DNA of 64,000 nucleotides from Cystobasidiomycetes sp. EMM_F5 (Eukaryota): positions 62,001 to 126,000 of the forward strand of contig JBPGPT010000003.1 of the NCBI GenBank assembly GCA_051047955.1, read 5' to 3'. Below, piece by piece: positions 1 to 12,408 of the stretch (position 1 is its first letter; every line of letters begins with the position of its first letter). A model generated the notes under the pieces. The model was not told where the DNA came from. It did no database searches and saw nothing but the letters and a program-made list of their open reading frames with translations. The translations under genes were made by a program, and so were the position numbers.

Positions 1-712
1 TCTATTGGCTCGTGCAACGCTTCTTCAAATGAGGGGATGTCGCCGCGCTTTGGCGTGCTAGGAAGTGAATCTCGAGGTGTTTGAGAACCACTTCCCGAGG
101 GAGATTGCGTGGCTGCTGCTGCGGGCACCGTCTTTTTGACGGGTTTTGACCCAGCTTTGGCTACAGGTTTAGGCTTCGAAGCTGTTGCTGCCTCTTCTTC
201 CGCAAGCAAGCGATCCCTTTCGGCTTTGGCATCTTTCGCAGCGGCAGCTTTCGCTTTCGCATCTATGCCTTTCTCTTTCTTGGCTCCCTTGTCCCATTCC
301 GCAGCTTCTACAGCGTCCTGTTGTGGCGACGGTCATAGTATTGAACGTCAAATTATGGTAAGCCAGCCTATGGACAGACACGCACCTTGGTAGCGTCATT
401 CTTTGCTTTCTTGTCGTTTTCCCGCTGCGTCGGAGTTCCGCAAATATCAGGTCATTCGCTTCGCATGTTTGGTCGCCTCTGCGGTTGCTACAGAACTTAC
501 ACTAGCTTTCGCTTCCTGTGGCATTGGCCGTCAGATTTCATAACATACGTAGAATCAGTCATCAGCCTACTCTAGCGGCTTGAGCTCTACCAGAGGACGG
601 TTCGGTCAAGCGTAGTTTGCAGTGTCAGCGTGGCTAACCAGCTCAAAGCGCCGCAGCTTGGACAGTCTCTGGGCTGCATTCAGACGTACTTTGCGTTTCC
701 TTTGGGTGCCAT
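1..712 (-). CDS. CCDC124/Lso2/Oxs1-family coiled-coil ribosome-associated protein (3' end runs off the window)
   Basis: Spliced model: exons 712-690, 586-571, 515-501, 424-386, then about 317 to the window edge, all with GT..AG borders. Reads MAPKGNAKAQAAREAKASRENDKKAKNDATKDAVEAAEWDKGAKKEK...AERDRLLAEEE, matching the recalled N-terminus of this family (W-x-x-G-A-K; LL-x-EEE). Confidence 0.75.
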
Positions 713-874
713 GCGGCCGGTAGCACAGGCCTAGTAGGGCGCGATTGGATTGAGGCAGAGAAAGTGTGGTCACCGGAGCAAACATACATCCTCAAGATGC
801 CTCTCATAAGCAATGCGAAATCTGACTCGTGGATAGTTTACTGTTCAACCGTGTACTCTCCGCAAGAATAATGC

Positions 875-2348
875 CTACGACAAATCGCAAACGAACAAAG
901 CGGACGTTGTAATGCCGGTAAGGTAGAGCTTTCCTTTATACAGCTGAGCATTAGTGGTACCGGGTGTAACTTCGCCTGGATCTGCAAAGATACGTTTTGT
1001 AACGTACTTATGGCCATAGAAGCTGTCACAGTCGACCGTCAGTCATTCGCGCAAGCACACAACGTCCCGGGTCATCGGGCTTACCTTCCTTCTCCCGTGT
1101 TATTACTGACCTTCCACACCTCAGTCGCGCTCGGTCCACTGCCTATAACAGCTCTAGCGATGAAAGGCTTGACTATCGGGATCGTTGCGGCGATGATGCT
1201 GCCATGCTCGTCGACTTGTATATTGTCAATCGCTCTACCCAATTCGGCGACCGTCTCCACTTCATGCAATAAACCATCGGCGTCTGCACTCAGCGACAAG
1301 ATACGCCCAGTCGCTACTGATCCGACATATATGGAGGGATAGGGCGAGTCCGAGGATGGTCCACGAGCAATGCCGTTTGGATACAAGAGGCCAGTAAACG
1401 CTTCTATGCATCCATGAGATCCTGAGCCGGCTTCACCAAAACTGCAATAGACTATCGAGCTATGACCTGTAGGTAGTGATAGTATGTAAGACTGGCGGAC
1501 CTTTGGTTGCCAGACAGTACACAATTACAATCAGTGGACCACTTGAATCAATGCAGATCAAATCTTACCAAGCCTGTCTTTGCGGGATGATCGTTCGTAA
1601 CATAAAAGCTCCCATGACCTGTGGCCACTATGTTATTGGGCGTCAAGATTAGTCTGTCGCGGATAGTCTTGACATGTTTCCACCTTGTCTCGCCTAGCCT
1701 GCTTTCGAATACTTCGATCGTAGACTCCGCGCCATGCTTGTGGACGTCCCCCAAGGCGATGCCTTGCGGAACAGCGTGATTATTTAGGAAGAATGTTACC
1801 TTCTTTGAATCTACTGGATCTACAAAGCCATCGATTCCGTGTAAATGTAGCTTCTCAAGGTGGGGTGGTCGATTCAGAATCTCAATTGGCTTCACCAAAC
1901 CCGAAGATGTATCATAGATGTAGACGGTATCGGAAGGGAGGCTATCCACTTTTGAGGCATTTAGATGATCCATTGCGGGGACCCAAGCCATCCGGGATTC
2001 GATGGAGGAGCACGGTAGGTAGGAGAGTCCGGTTGGGCGGTGTATCCATTGCTCTGCAGACGCATGTCTCAGTGTAAGCGCCTCGTTTGGCCTGGCTCTG
2101 CTATACCTTCGCATGCAATCAGCTCAGGAATCGCTTTACACTTGTCGTTTGCTATGGATGGCACGACTCTTCCGCTATAGCCAAAGTGGTCCAGGCGGGG
2201 CATAACAAGTTGCTGGATACCGACACCTAATCCGCCTGGAGTGCGTGTTAAGTAACCGAATCAGCATTGCGGACCGTGTCAATCGGGCCGGAGTGGTATG
2301 AGTCTGACCGATTAGAATCAGCCCGGCATACGCCAGAGTGTTCGGCAT
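875..2348 (-). CDS. Paraoxonase/arylesterase-like six-bladed beta-propeller protein
   Basis: Hydrophobic N-terminus MPNTLAYAGLILI. Motifs LHLHGID, TIEVFE, TPNNIVATGHGSFYVTNDH, YPNGIA, AIDNIQVD. C-terminus YKGKLYLTGITTSALFVCDLS* (stop 875-877). Multi-exon. Confidence 0.85.
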
Positions 2349-2695
2349 TGTAACACTAAGTGAATGGGTGGAGGTGCGGTCAGTCCATTGACGTTTGGTG
2401 TAAGGGAGAACAGTCGCAGCATGGCATGCACTTGAAGAATGGCAAGACACGGCCTCATCGAAATCAAGCGAGCTTTCGGGCTGCAGGATAAGCTTACAGG
2501 CAGCATGCACATTGATACAAGCATTGTGATGATTCTTGGACGCGTCCTGCAGACCATTAACGTGCAAACGTAGCTCGAGCTGGAGGTGTGCTCGATCAGG
2601 AGGTACGACCGTTCTGGCCAGCTCGAGAGGTCTTCACCTCCAACTTGACAATCACAATCTGAGGCTGCTTCTGACTACGGCGTCCTCTTCTCAAG

Positions 2696-3776
2696 ATGGT
2701 GAGGCCTTTCCCAGCAGATGATGCGGTATCCTCGGGACCACAATGAAGCCATGCTGACGACGCCGTCATTCCCAGTCGAACCCGATGTAAGGACAAACAA
2801 GACCACAGGCAGTCTACGGACGCTCTGATACGTTGAGATGCAGGGAAATAAATGGCGGGTCATGCATAGCCATGCTCGGCAAAGGATGCGTCGCAATCGC
2901 TTGTGATTTACGACTGGGCAACCAAGCGTTGACAGTCAACTGCGACTTTGAGAAGGTTGGTACAGACAAAGCATTGTCATTGTGACACTCGCTCTGTAAC
3001 GACATGACTTATCGCGTATTCACCACCTACAGGTGTTTCAAATTACGCCGAGAACGTATGCTGGATTTCCGGGCTTAGCGACAGATACTCTCACCGTGTA
3101 CGTTCAGCACCCAGCATAGAGCGCTATGCCTCTCAAGTGTCAGATTCCCACCACCATTATTCACAGGCATGAGAAGTTACGGAATCGTGTCAATCTATAT
3201 CGCATGAAGGAACAGCGCGAGATCTCGCCCTCTACATTCGCGCATTTGACCAGCAGCACTCTGTACGAGCGAAGGTGTGCATTAGCTGCTGTGCTGTCTC
3301 CGCCAATAGTTGCTGACTGGCTTAATACAGATTCGGGCCCTACTACGTGGAACCAGTCGTTGCAGGTGCGTTATATCTCAACGAGAACAGCTAATATAGC
3401 TTACGGTGGGAAACCCCCATCTCGTAGGCCTCGAAAACGATGGGACTCCGTTTATTGCTGCCACAGATGTGATCGGCTGCATCAACTTCGCCAAGGCAAG
3501 TATATTGTACCGCTGTCAGCGTCTCGACTTTACCAATGCAAGCCATTTGTATTTTGACAGGACTTCGTCGTGTCTGGCACTGCCTCATCAAAGATGTTTG
3601 GAATGGCGGAAGCGCTATGGGAGCCAAATCTCGAGCCAGAAGATCTCTTTGAGACAATATCACAAGCGCTGCTGAACGCAGTGGATCGGGATGCATTCTC
3701 CGGCTGGGGCGCAGTAGTATACATCATCGAAATGGACAAAGTCACCAAGAGAACGTTGAGGACAAGGATGGATTAG
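2696..3776 (+). CDS. PUP3: 20S proteasome subunit beta type-3
   Basis: Spliced N-terminus [32 protein letters not shown]; internal [21 protein letters not shown]-terminus [37 protein letters not shown]...RTRMD*. Confidence 0.95.
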
Positions 3777-4041
3777 TTGCCCGGTGCAAAATGGTCAAAT
3801 TGGCAATCTCGTTCGCAGAAGTGTCTGCTGTATAACAGAGTCCTCTCCTTTGTATCAGTTCAAGAGTCCTCAGAAGTGATCAGCTATGCGATATGGTTTG
3901 AACGAGTTGCTGGTGCTGTGGTCGAAGCTGTACAGAACTTACTACTAGATCTAAAATAAAGCGGGGACTTTCAAGTTGGTCGTCAACCTTGTGCGCCTGG
4001 ACAGGAGAGGCCACCTAGTTACATCCTACCAATCCGCAATC

Positions 4042-5897
4042 ATGACCACTGACATACCTGCGACGATGAAGGCTGCGCGCCTGAACAAGTTTGGCGAAAC
4101 GTACGTTCACGTCGAATCCGGCTGTTGCGAAATGTCAACGTCCACGTTTTGTGCCTCAGGCTGACGTCAGAATCTCATAAACAATCCACCATTGTTGTCC
4201 TTACACACCTGGGACGTTCCGGTATACTCGTGACTGCTGTCATCGCAAAATCTTGAACAAACTTAGGAAATATTCTATCGAAGATATATCTGTGCCTACG
4301 GCTGAAGGCTATGACTTACTGCTCAAGATTGGAGCAGCTGGCTTCTGCCACACAGACGCAATGGTTGCTAACGGAGTGAGCATAGTCTACTGAAATAAAT
4401 TTCATTGACAGAATCCGTACTAATTACCATCGACCAGGAATTCGAATCAATGGGCAGCAGCTGTCCACTCACTGTGAATGAGACAGCTTTATACAAGCAA
4501 TGAAACTGATACACTAAGCCTTCAAATAATGCAGGGATCGCATGAGCCTGCTGGAACCATTGTGGCCATGGGTGACGATGCCAAAAATTCTAGCAAGTAC
4601 AAGGCAAGTTCGTAGACGTTTGAAGCGCACTAGGGGATTTACGCGGCCCGATTATCCTCTGAGAAGATAGGAGACCGTGTCGGTGCTGCCGCGATGAAGG
4701 GTCCCTGCGGAAAGTGCCCAGATTGCAAAAGCGGACAACCTGTGTATTGCACTGACTTGGCTGGGTGAGTAAGGGGTCGGAATCTCCAAATCGTCGCAAA
4801 GCGCATCTTCAACTGATCAAGACTTTCGATAGTATGGTCGGCATCACTGTCGATGGAGGTTTTGCGGAATACTGCCTGGGTAAATTCTGACAGTCCTTTG
4901 CAGCCATACTTGACTGACTGCGTCCATAATGCAGTCGATTCTCGTTATGCTGCAGCTATACCTGATAGCATGACTTTCGAACAGGCAGCGCCTCTCATGT
5001 GCGCTGGCGCAACAATATACAGAAGCATCAAGGTCGCCGAAAAGCACGGTCTGAAAGCTGGTGGGGTGAGTCCATCTTTCTGAGAGTAGAGGCTCCGGTT
5101 TGACATCCTCCATACTAGACGATCGGGTTTGTGGGTAAGCACTTCTTCATTGTCTGGCCGAACGACGCCAGCTGACATTGCTTCTATCACTCCAGGTCTT
5201 GGGGCTTTGGGCCATCTAGGTGTCCAATTTGCCAAGACAATGGTCAGGGAACTTTGTGTTGTCCGTGCTTCCCTCTCTGACAACTCTTCTAGAGTTACAA
5301 AGTGGTTGGCGTTGATGCAAGAAAGGAGCCCGTCGAACTTGCCACGCGGTTGCAATACCCGCCAGACCTTGTACTGAACAGTAAAGAAGTTGATGCTGAG
5401 ACTGCACGGGAAAAGGTCGTCAAGCTGGATGAGCAGAAGCCTTTCCATGGTCTAGACGGTCAGTTGTGTCCACTGCATTACCTATCGGAGCTTTTCTGGC
5501 TGAAAGCTGTCCTTTGGTAAGCTGCTATACTCCTCGCGGACCCGCAAGAATCAATTGATTATGCCGTGAAACTGCTGGCGAGGCACGGGTTACTGGTGCT
5601 CGTCAGTCAGCCGCAATCCGGTATCCATCTCGATTTCCACGAGCTGGTATTTCGCGACATACGTCTGGTAGGCTCCCTGCTGGGTAACCCGGATGACCTA
5701 CAAGCAACGGTCGACTTGTGCGCAAAGCATGGAATCGAGGTCAGCATGTTCAGCTTCAGTAGTTCAGCCTAGCACAAGGTAACCAATTTGCTTTGTAGAG
5801 TACATTGGTCACGTACCGCCTCGAAGATATTAACGACCTCGTCAAAGCAGCGGATTCTGCGAAGAAAAGTGGAAAGACCGTCATTACCTTTGCGTAA
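4042..5897 (+). CDS. Zinc-dependent alcohol dehydrogenase (MDR superfamily)
   Basis: MTTDIPATMKAARL start; catalytic Zn motifs GFCHTD and GSHEPAG; DGGFAEY; AAPLMCAGATIY; Rossmann motif GLGALGHLGVQFAK; ends GKTVITFA*. Many short exons. Confidence 0.92.
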
Positions 5898-6969
5898 GCC
5901 GCGTTGGGTGTGCTTTGATTGTACAAGCGGAAACCGCGCACGCTACGTCAAGACCATCTTCGCTCACGAGCTCAGGAACCAAGCCAAAGCAGCATATCAG
6001 CTTTGTAAAGGGGATGTCTAGAACTATACAGTAAAGCATGGGATCTGCCAGCTTTGTGCATGAAGTTCCCGGCGCGTAAAGACCTTCCCGGGGCTGATTG
6101 AGACTTTGGCTGACGATCTGACTGGGCGAATTTGTGAGACCTTCGTGGGTCGTGACAGGTTGGTTGCGGAAATGTATGTTGTTGATGTTTGTACTTGTGA
6201 TGTAGTCGTAGGTTCTCGTACAATTAGCTTCACTTTCCATGCACCGGTTGCTTTGGCACTAGCGGAGATCCTTTCGAGCTCCCATTGTTCACTATGTAAA
6301 GGGAATTCTGCGCATGACTCCAACAACCAAACATCTCCACGCGAAGGCGTTCCTTCTCTTCAAGCATTCACTCGCACCGCTGTATTGGTGACCGTTAACG
6401 GTCCCTATCCAATACGTAAATCCGCAATTTCCAGTGACGGGTCGCAAGCCCGGCCGTCCGACACTGACCTATAGCTATAGAATGTCTCATGTTTGACGGT
6501 GTCCTTCTGAAAAGTCGACAAATCAAGACACTTTCCCGGGCTGCCAAGTCGCGAGGGTCAACGTTAACGGAGGGAAATTCGCTGCACGACATCCGCCATA
6601 CAGCATACTGTACTGTAGAAGTACGTACGATACGTCTACGGTAACGTACGGTAGCCTTGAATGTTTTGGGGAGCGTTGCCTTGGAGCGTGCAGAGGGATG
6701 GGACTTACCTCGTCCATAGGTATGATACCGCATAAATGACTGCTGTGTGGTCGACCGTTGTTGCTGAGAAGTTGCATGATTCAGGCCGCAGGGCAATGTT
6801 GGGCAGTCCTTCGCCTAGTTCTTGGCATCGACTCCTGCGGTCTCGGTCCAAGTTCCACAGGAGGTGCATGGCTGTGCGCTCTTACAGGTCATTATACACA
6901 GCTGTCGCCCTCTCTTCTTTACTCAAAACCTACAACCGCGCCTGATACCTCCACACACTCCCAATCGCC

Positions 6970-7886
6970 ATGCTTATAAAATCACTGGGCTGTTTCCTCG
7001 TCAGCGCCTACCTCTGCAAGGGCTTTGCCCTGTCCGCCGAACGCGATGTTGTTGGCGACAAGCAGGTCGACCCATTCTCACCTTCCCTCGGTGACACCGT
7101 ATCGGAAGACACTGAAATACTCATCGCAAAGAGAGACACAGTGTCGCTCGATGACACTGAAATTCTCCTCGAACAGCGGGATGTATTGGCTCCAGAGGAC
7201 TCGACTCATCTCTGGGCTCGACAGAACGGACCTGTGGCGCCTGTAGATGACAGCAACCCAGCTACAGATGATGACATGTAAGTCGGATCAGTGTGCTTAT
7301 CAGGATCATGCTAAGGCGTGCCCCTCTTTCTGCCAGATACGAGGAACAGGGTGCATTGTATGCCACTGCCGAGGCGAAACGCAGCAAAATCAACGTTTAC
7401 AGCAGTAATCCTGTCCACACTGGCGACAAGGCGACTTGCAAGCCATACGAATACCTTCACGTTTTCAGCGGGAAAACCTTGCTCGGTAGGGTCCGAGCTG
7501 TTGGCGCCACGACCCTTGACAACTACTACGTACGGCAGTCGGCGTATGGTGAGCTACACATAACTTTCTCTGATGACCTTGCACTGAGACTGACACTGTG
7601 GAAAGGCGACTGTGGGTTCGGTGCTGCCATGTTAGCCCTTGCCTACTCTGGTCGCAGCGATAAAATCATCAACAGTCTGCGTCGCGTTAGTGAGTCAGGT
7701 TTAATCGCAGCTTCCACGTGGCTCTAGCTTGACAAGGTTTTTGCAGCTGGCGCTGTTGCGAATCGCGACTGGACCGTTACCATGCAGCGTCATGGGGCAA
7801 CTTCCCGGATTGTGCGTATTGACGATCAGTTTCCATTCAGCAGCGAGAAGGGCTGCCAGAATTATGTGAGCATCGGTCAGCCATAG
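6970..7886 (+). CDS. Secreted hypothetical protein with repetitive acidic pro-region
   Basis: Signal-peptide-like MLIKSLGCFLVSAYLCKGFA. Three exons joined in frame by introns at about 7278-7337 (GTAAGT..CAG) and about 7690-7746 (GTGAGT..CAG). Ends KGCQNYVSIGQP*. No family recognised. Confidence 0.7.
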
Positions 7887-7930
7887 CTAGCATCGCCTCG
7901 ACAGCTGAAGTAGTCATCTTCAAAAAGAAT

Positions 7931-8800
7931 TCATTCTGGCCATGCAACAACAATGTCGGTGCCAAATGTTCTGCAAATGCTCAGTATTTTCAGATTCCCA
8001 TGCTCGAGAAAGCATTCGCCAAGTACTTCGACGCGTACCCTGACCTCAGATCGTCCAAGGCAAAGAAGTTGGACAGCACAGGCTATGCCGGTTTGCGTGG
8101 CATCCGACCATACATTGTTCTTGTCAGTACTTTCGTGGATGAACATCTGACCATCTAACTGATGTCTTCACCGTGTAGGAAGCTATGACTGGGGAATCCC
8201 CGAAGTCGGCTACGCTACTGAGTGACAAGGCAGCTGGCTTCAAGGCAAGATTGCAAGCTATTGTCAGCAGAGGCCTTCCTGCCACTGTAGGCACCCCAAA
8301 CGGTAGATACTGACCATAATGTTGTGCAATCAATACGAAGCCTAACTGTTGCTATTCAGCTACGGACTTCGGTGGTCTGATTGGCACTACCGCCAGAAAC
8401 GCTGAAGGCCGCCTGGTGCTAACAACAGTCAGTGCCAACATACATCTCATTGTCCACGAAGCTGAAGATTCTGCGACTTCTGTTAGACCGGTCTTACTGC
8501 CACGCAGACTTCGGCAAAATCTGCCAGAGGCTTCACCGTTGCGTACAGTCAACACAGCTTCACGTGAGTCTGTCTGCATCTACGGAAGTCAGCAACGCAT
8601 ACTTGTAGCTGAGCTTCGCTGTAAAGTCTCGCTGGCCCGCATTGGTATGCAGTGAGCATTGAGGACAGTACTTCCACGACATTAGCTGTCCGAAATCCAT
8701 GGGGCGCCAACGTAGATACTACCGGTTCGAGAACCAAGACTGGCAATGGTTTGACCCGTATTCCCATGGATATTGCGGCCCGTATCTTCAAAGATGTGCA
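7931..8800 (-). CDS. Possible intron-rich gene of unknown function (model unresolved)
   Basis: Dense run of minus-strand GT...CTRAC...YAG intron-like units. A plausible 3' end reads ...DFGDSPVIASYTVKTS|PVLSNFFALDDL|RTFGTDIVVAWPE*. I could not fix the start or a complete frame. Confidence 0.3.
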
Positions 8801-9005
8801 CTGGATTGAATAGTCGAGGAGAGGCTTATTGTGGGGATGGACACTAGCAAAGCACGTTGAAATAATTTTATGATAGGGAGAGGACAGTCTGTCGCTTGTT
8901 CGTAATGTGATTGAATCGGAAAGATAGCATACGGTTTCAGCGTTGCGACGTTTGCACGGTTCGATGGAACTGACATTTCTGTAACGCCAACCATGGGCTG
9001 GGATC

Positions 9006-11968
9006 ATGCCTGACATAAGAAGACTTCAACCTGACACTATTAACTCCCTTCGTTCATCGCTTGTTGTCGAATCGCTGCCAGCTTGCATTGTCGAGCTCGT
9101 TCAAAATGCCCTTGACGCACACGCCCGCAATATCGAAGTGGTGTTCGCCCTGTCTAGCTGGTACTGTAGCGTAACCGACGACGGATGCGGTATTACCCGG
9201 CAAGACCTTCGCAACATTGGAAAGCGCTATTGTATGTTATGTCCGGATCCGCAAAGGTAGCGGCGTCTGATAGATTTATTTCACCAGATACATCCAAGGC
9301 GCAGAGTTTGGCAGATCTCTATGCGATAGAGACATACGGATATCGGGGCGAAGGTATACATCCATCTATCTGAGGGGAGAAATCGGATTCAACTAAACCT
9401 CGAACACACCCCAGCCCTGGCGAGCATTGCGGATGTCTCGTTGACCGAGATCATCAGCAAAACCGCAGAAAGTATAGCCACATATACGAGTATACTGCAA
9501 GTGAGTGAGCACATCTGCTTTAGACGGCCCAAAGAACCGACTCTTCTTGGTCCTGACGTTTCGAATAAGGGAGGTCAATTGGTACATCATGGTCCCAGCA
9601 AGCAAGCACTGCGAGATAAAGCCGGGACCGTTGTCAATGTTCGAGATCTCTTTTACAAATGGCCAGTGCGACGGAAACAAGCAATGCTATCTAGTACCTT
9701 TCGTCAGAATACGATCCGACAAATCCGACAATCCCTGGAAGCAATGGCCATAGCACATCCGAACACTGCCTTTCAAGTTGTAGACTCTGACAAGGAAGAT
9801 GCATCGGGCACTGTTGACCGAGTGCTAACGGTGCCGAGAACCGCTTCGAATGCCGCTGCCTTCGCAAAATGCTTCGGATCAATCTGGACGAAGGTGTGTT
9901 GGGCATTGCGGATCAGTGCTTTCGTTTGCAGCTTATCAAGGTATCTAGGATATGGATGAAATTTGTCTCGAGGCAAAGTCATGCAGCATAAACGGCTTCA
10001 TTTCTCACACTCCTGCGCATAACAGGCTGTTGCAGCTAATCTGTCCGGCCATGTCCAGTCGTACATGTAATGTTGATGGCTGACCTTGTCTGTTCGCCAG
10101 ACATCAATGGCAGACACGTTGCTCGGAACGAACTCCACGATACAATGTCCGCTCTCTTTGCCAACAGTGTATTCGCTGACAAGACTGAGAGCGATGAACG
10201 CACCATCGGCCGAGCAACAATTGTGTCACGCGGACGCTCGCCGAAAGCGCAAACTGTCACATCTCCAAAGAAGTATCTGGAACGACATCCCGTGTTTTGC
10301 TTGTTTCTAAGGCTACCATGGGATCAAGTAGAATTCGGGCTGGAAACAGCAAAGCGCGTCGTGTACTTTCAGGTACTCATCAGCCTACCTGTGTCCGATA
10401 ATGTAATCACTGAGAGCTTCCATCTTGCAGAGTTTGACTGACATTGTATGCGCGGTCAGGCGAGTTGCGCAAGAACACTTGAAGAAACTAGGCTACTTAA
10501 AATCAAAAAAGTCAGAAATTGTGACGTCTCCTGGGCCACCAGTGTTCGTCAAACGCGTCCGAAGGCCACTTCGCCCTTCGGTTTTGCTTGACGTTACTGA
10601 TCCATTGGTGAGTGGGTGAGGACCGCCACCCGTCGGAGTGGTTCTCGTGGTGACGTGACACGACTAGCAATCTGGCGATGATTGCGACATCTGGACCACT
10701 CTGAGCGATCCCGTCAGTGGCCGACCGTTTCAGGTAAACAGGCGAACCGGCAATACGCGACAGATTGATACTTGTAACGCTGGGGAGGGCACCTGTGGAG
10801 TGACTTCGATGGAATATCCGAGTGTGGACCGTCATGCGCTGCGAAAGGTCGACTCCCAATCTCCGTTGGATTCGTCGATTCTGCTAGGTCATGCCAAATC
10901 GAGGTCTTGGCTCGGACAAGCTTTGCAAGACTGGACCAACCCAGTGTTTGCGTCGACAAAGCGGCAAGTACCAAGTCTCGAAGGCAGGGAACAACTGCGA
11001 AGCGCAGACCCGCTAAAAGCTACTTCACCTCTGCAACTTACTCGGTCAATCGACAAGCTCGATTTGCAGAAATTGCGCTTTGTCTGTCAAGTGGACCACA
11101 AATTTCTGCTATGCTATGTGGAACGCGGACCACGCGATCCTGCAGCGAGCACTTATCTGTCGACCGAGCGACCGACCGAGCTCACAGATGCCGAAAGGAC
11201 CTTGGTCCTTATCGATCAGCATGCTGCAGATGAGCGAATCCGCATCGAGACTCTCTTGCGCGCCTATGCCACTCAAGTCGTAGCGGGTGAAGTGGAGATG
11301 TACGATATCGAGACAGCGGAGCCTGTCTTGCTGACCTCGGCAGAAGCGGAAGCACTTTCGGCCAGGCTGGACGACTTCCGCCGCTGGGGCGTGCGACTGA
11401 ATGTTCCACCGTTGCCTGAAGCTTCTGACGCCGAGACTGATGCGCCCGCGTTCCGCCAAATCGTGGTGCACGCCGTTCCCCTCGTCATCAGTGACCGTTT
11501 GATGAGCGATAAGCGCCTTATCCAGCAAGTCGTCAGAGGCTACCTTGGCCAGACCAGCGACTGCGTCGCGTCAACTTTCGGACCCGCTTCGCACGCAAGC
11601 TGGTTAAACCTGACTCGCAATGCGCCCAGCGTCATTATAGACTTGATGGTATCGAAAGCTTGTCGAGGTTGGTCCATGCTCAATGTTAATGATCTCAGTC
11701 TAACAGCAACAACTGTTCCAGGGGCTATAATGTTCAACGATGTCTTGACGCACGAGCGATGCGAGCGGTTGTTGAGTGAGCTCGCTAAAACCGACTTTCC
11801 TTTCATGTGCGCACACGGTCGGTAAGCCATACAGTCATACAACACGTGGTAGTGAGTGTTCGTGCTGATACTTTCCTCGCGTGCAGTCCTTCTATGCTGC
11901 CTTTGTTGCGATTGCCGAATGCGATGCCGGCAAGACTGTCGAAGTCTATCAAATGGCATCCGCTATAG
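9006..11968 (+). CDS. MLH3: DNA mismatch repair / meiotic MutL homolog MLH3
   Basis: GHKL ATPase motifs ELVQNALDA, DDGCGI, TYGYRGEALASI, GTVVNVRDLFY. Endonuclease motif DQHAADERIRIE. C-terminal KACRGAIMFND and FPFMCAHGR|PS. Last exon ends IKWHPL* at 11968. Confidence 0.93.
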
Positions 11969-12408
11969 TGTTGCCCTGCCAGACCATGTCCACAGGCAAG
12001 TGCTGTTTCGGTCGCTCGTTGCGAGACAATCGAGAGAGATTGCGTGTTGGTTGTGACTTCATAAATTATGCGGTGGGCATTCTAAACCGCCTAACGAAAC
12101 TGACACGCATTTCCGATTGGAAGGTAACAAATTGAATATCCAGTATTCTAGTTGACCCATCGAATGAATAAACCCAATGTGCTAGATAGGTAGAAGAAAG
12201 AAATGGCGAAATCTGATAGCTTTTCCCGCTGCTGTCCTCTAGAGATCAGCACATATCGCATGCACCGTGAATGCGACGCTTGGCCAGTTCTTGACTCTTC
12301 AGCGAGCGAGCTCGAGCACGAGCCGATGGACCAGTAGATGATGGTTCGGAAATGTCGGTGCAGCGTTCGATGACGCTCGAAATACCAGGAAGCCTGCATC
12401 AGGCATCG

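Noticed and set aside
8720..8970. GGTTCGA words resembling tRNA T-loops
   Set aside because: No cloverleaf, acceptor stem or A-box could be built around them.
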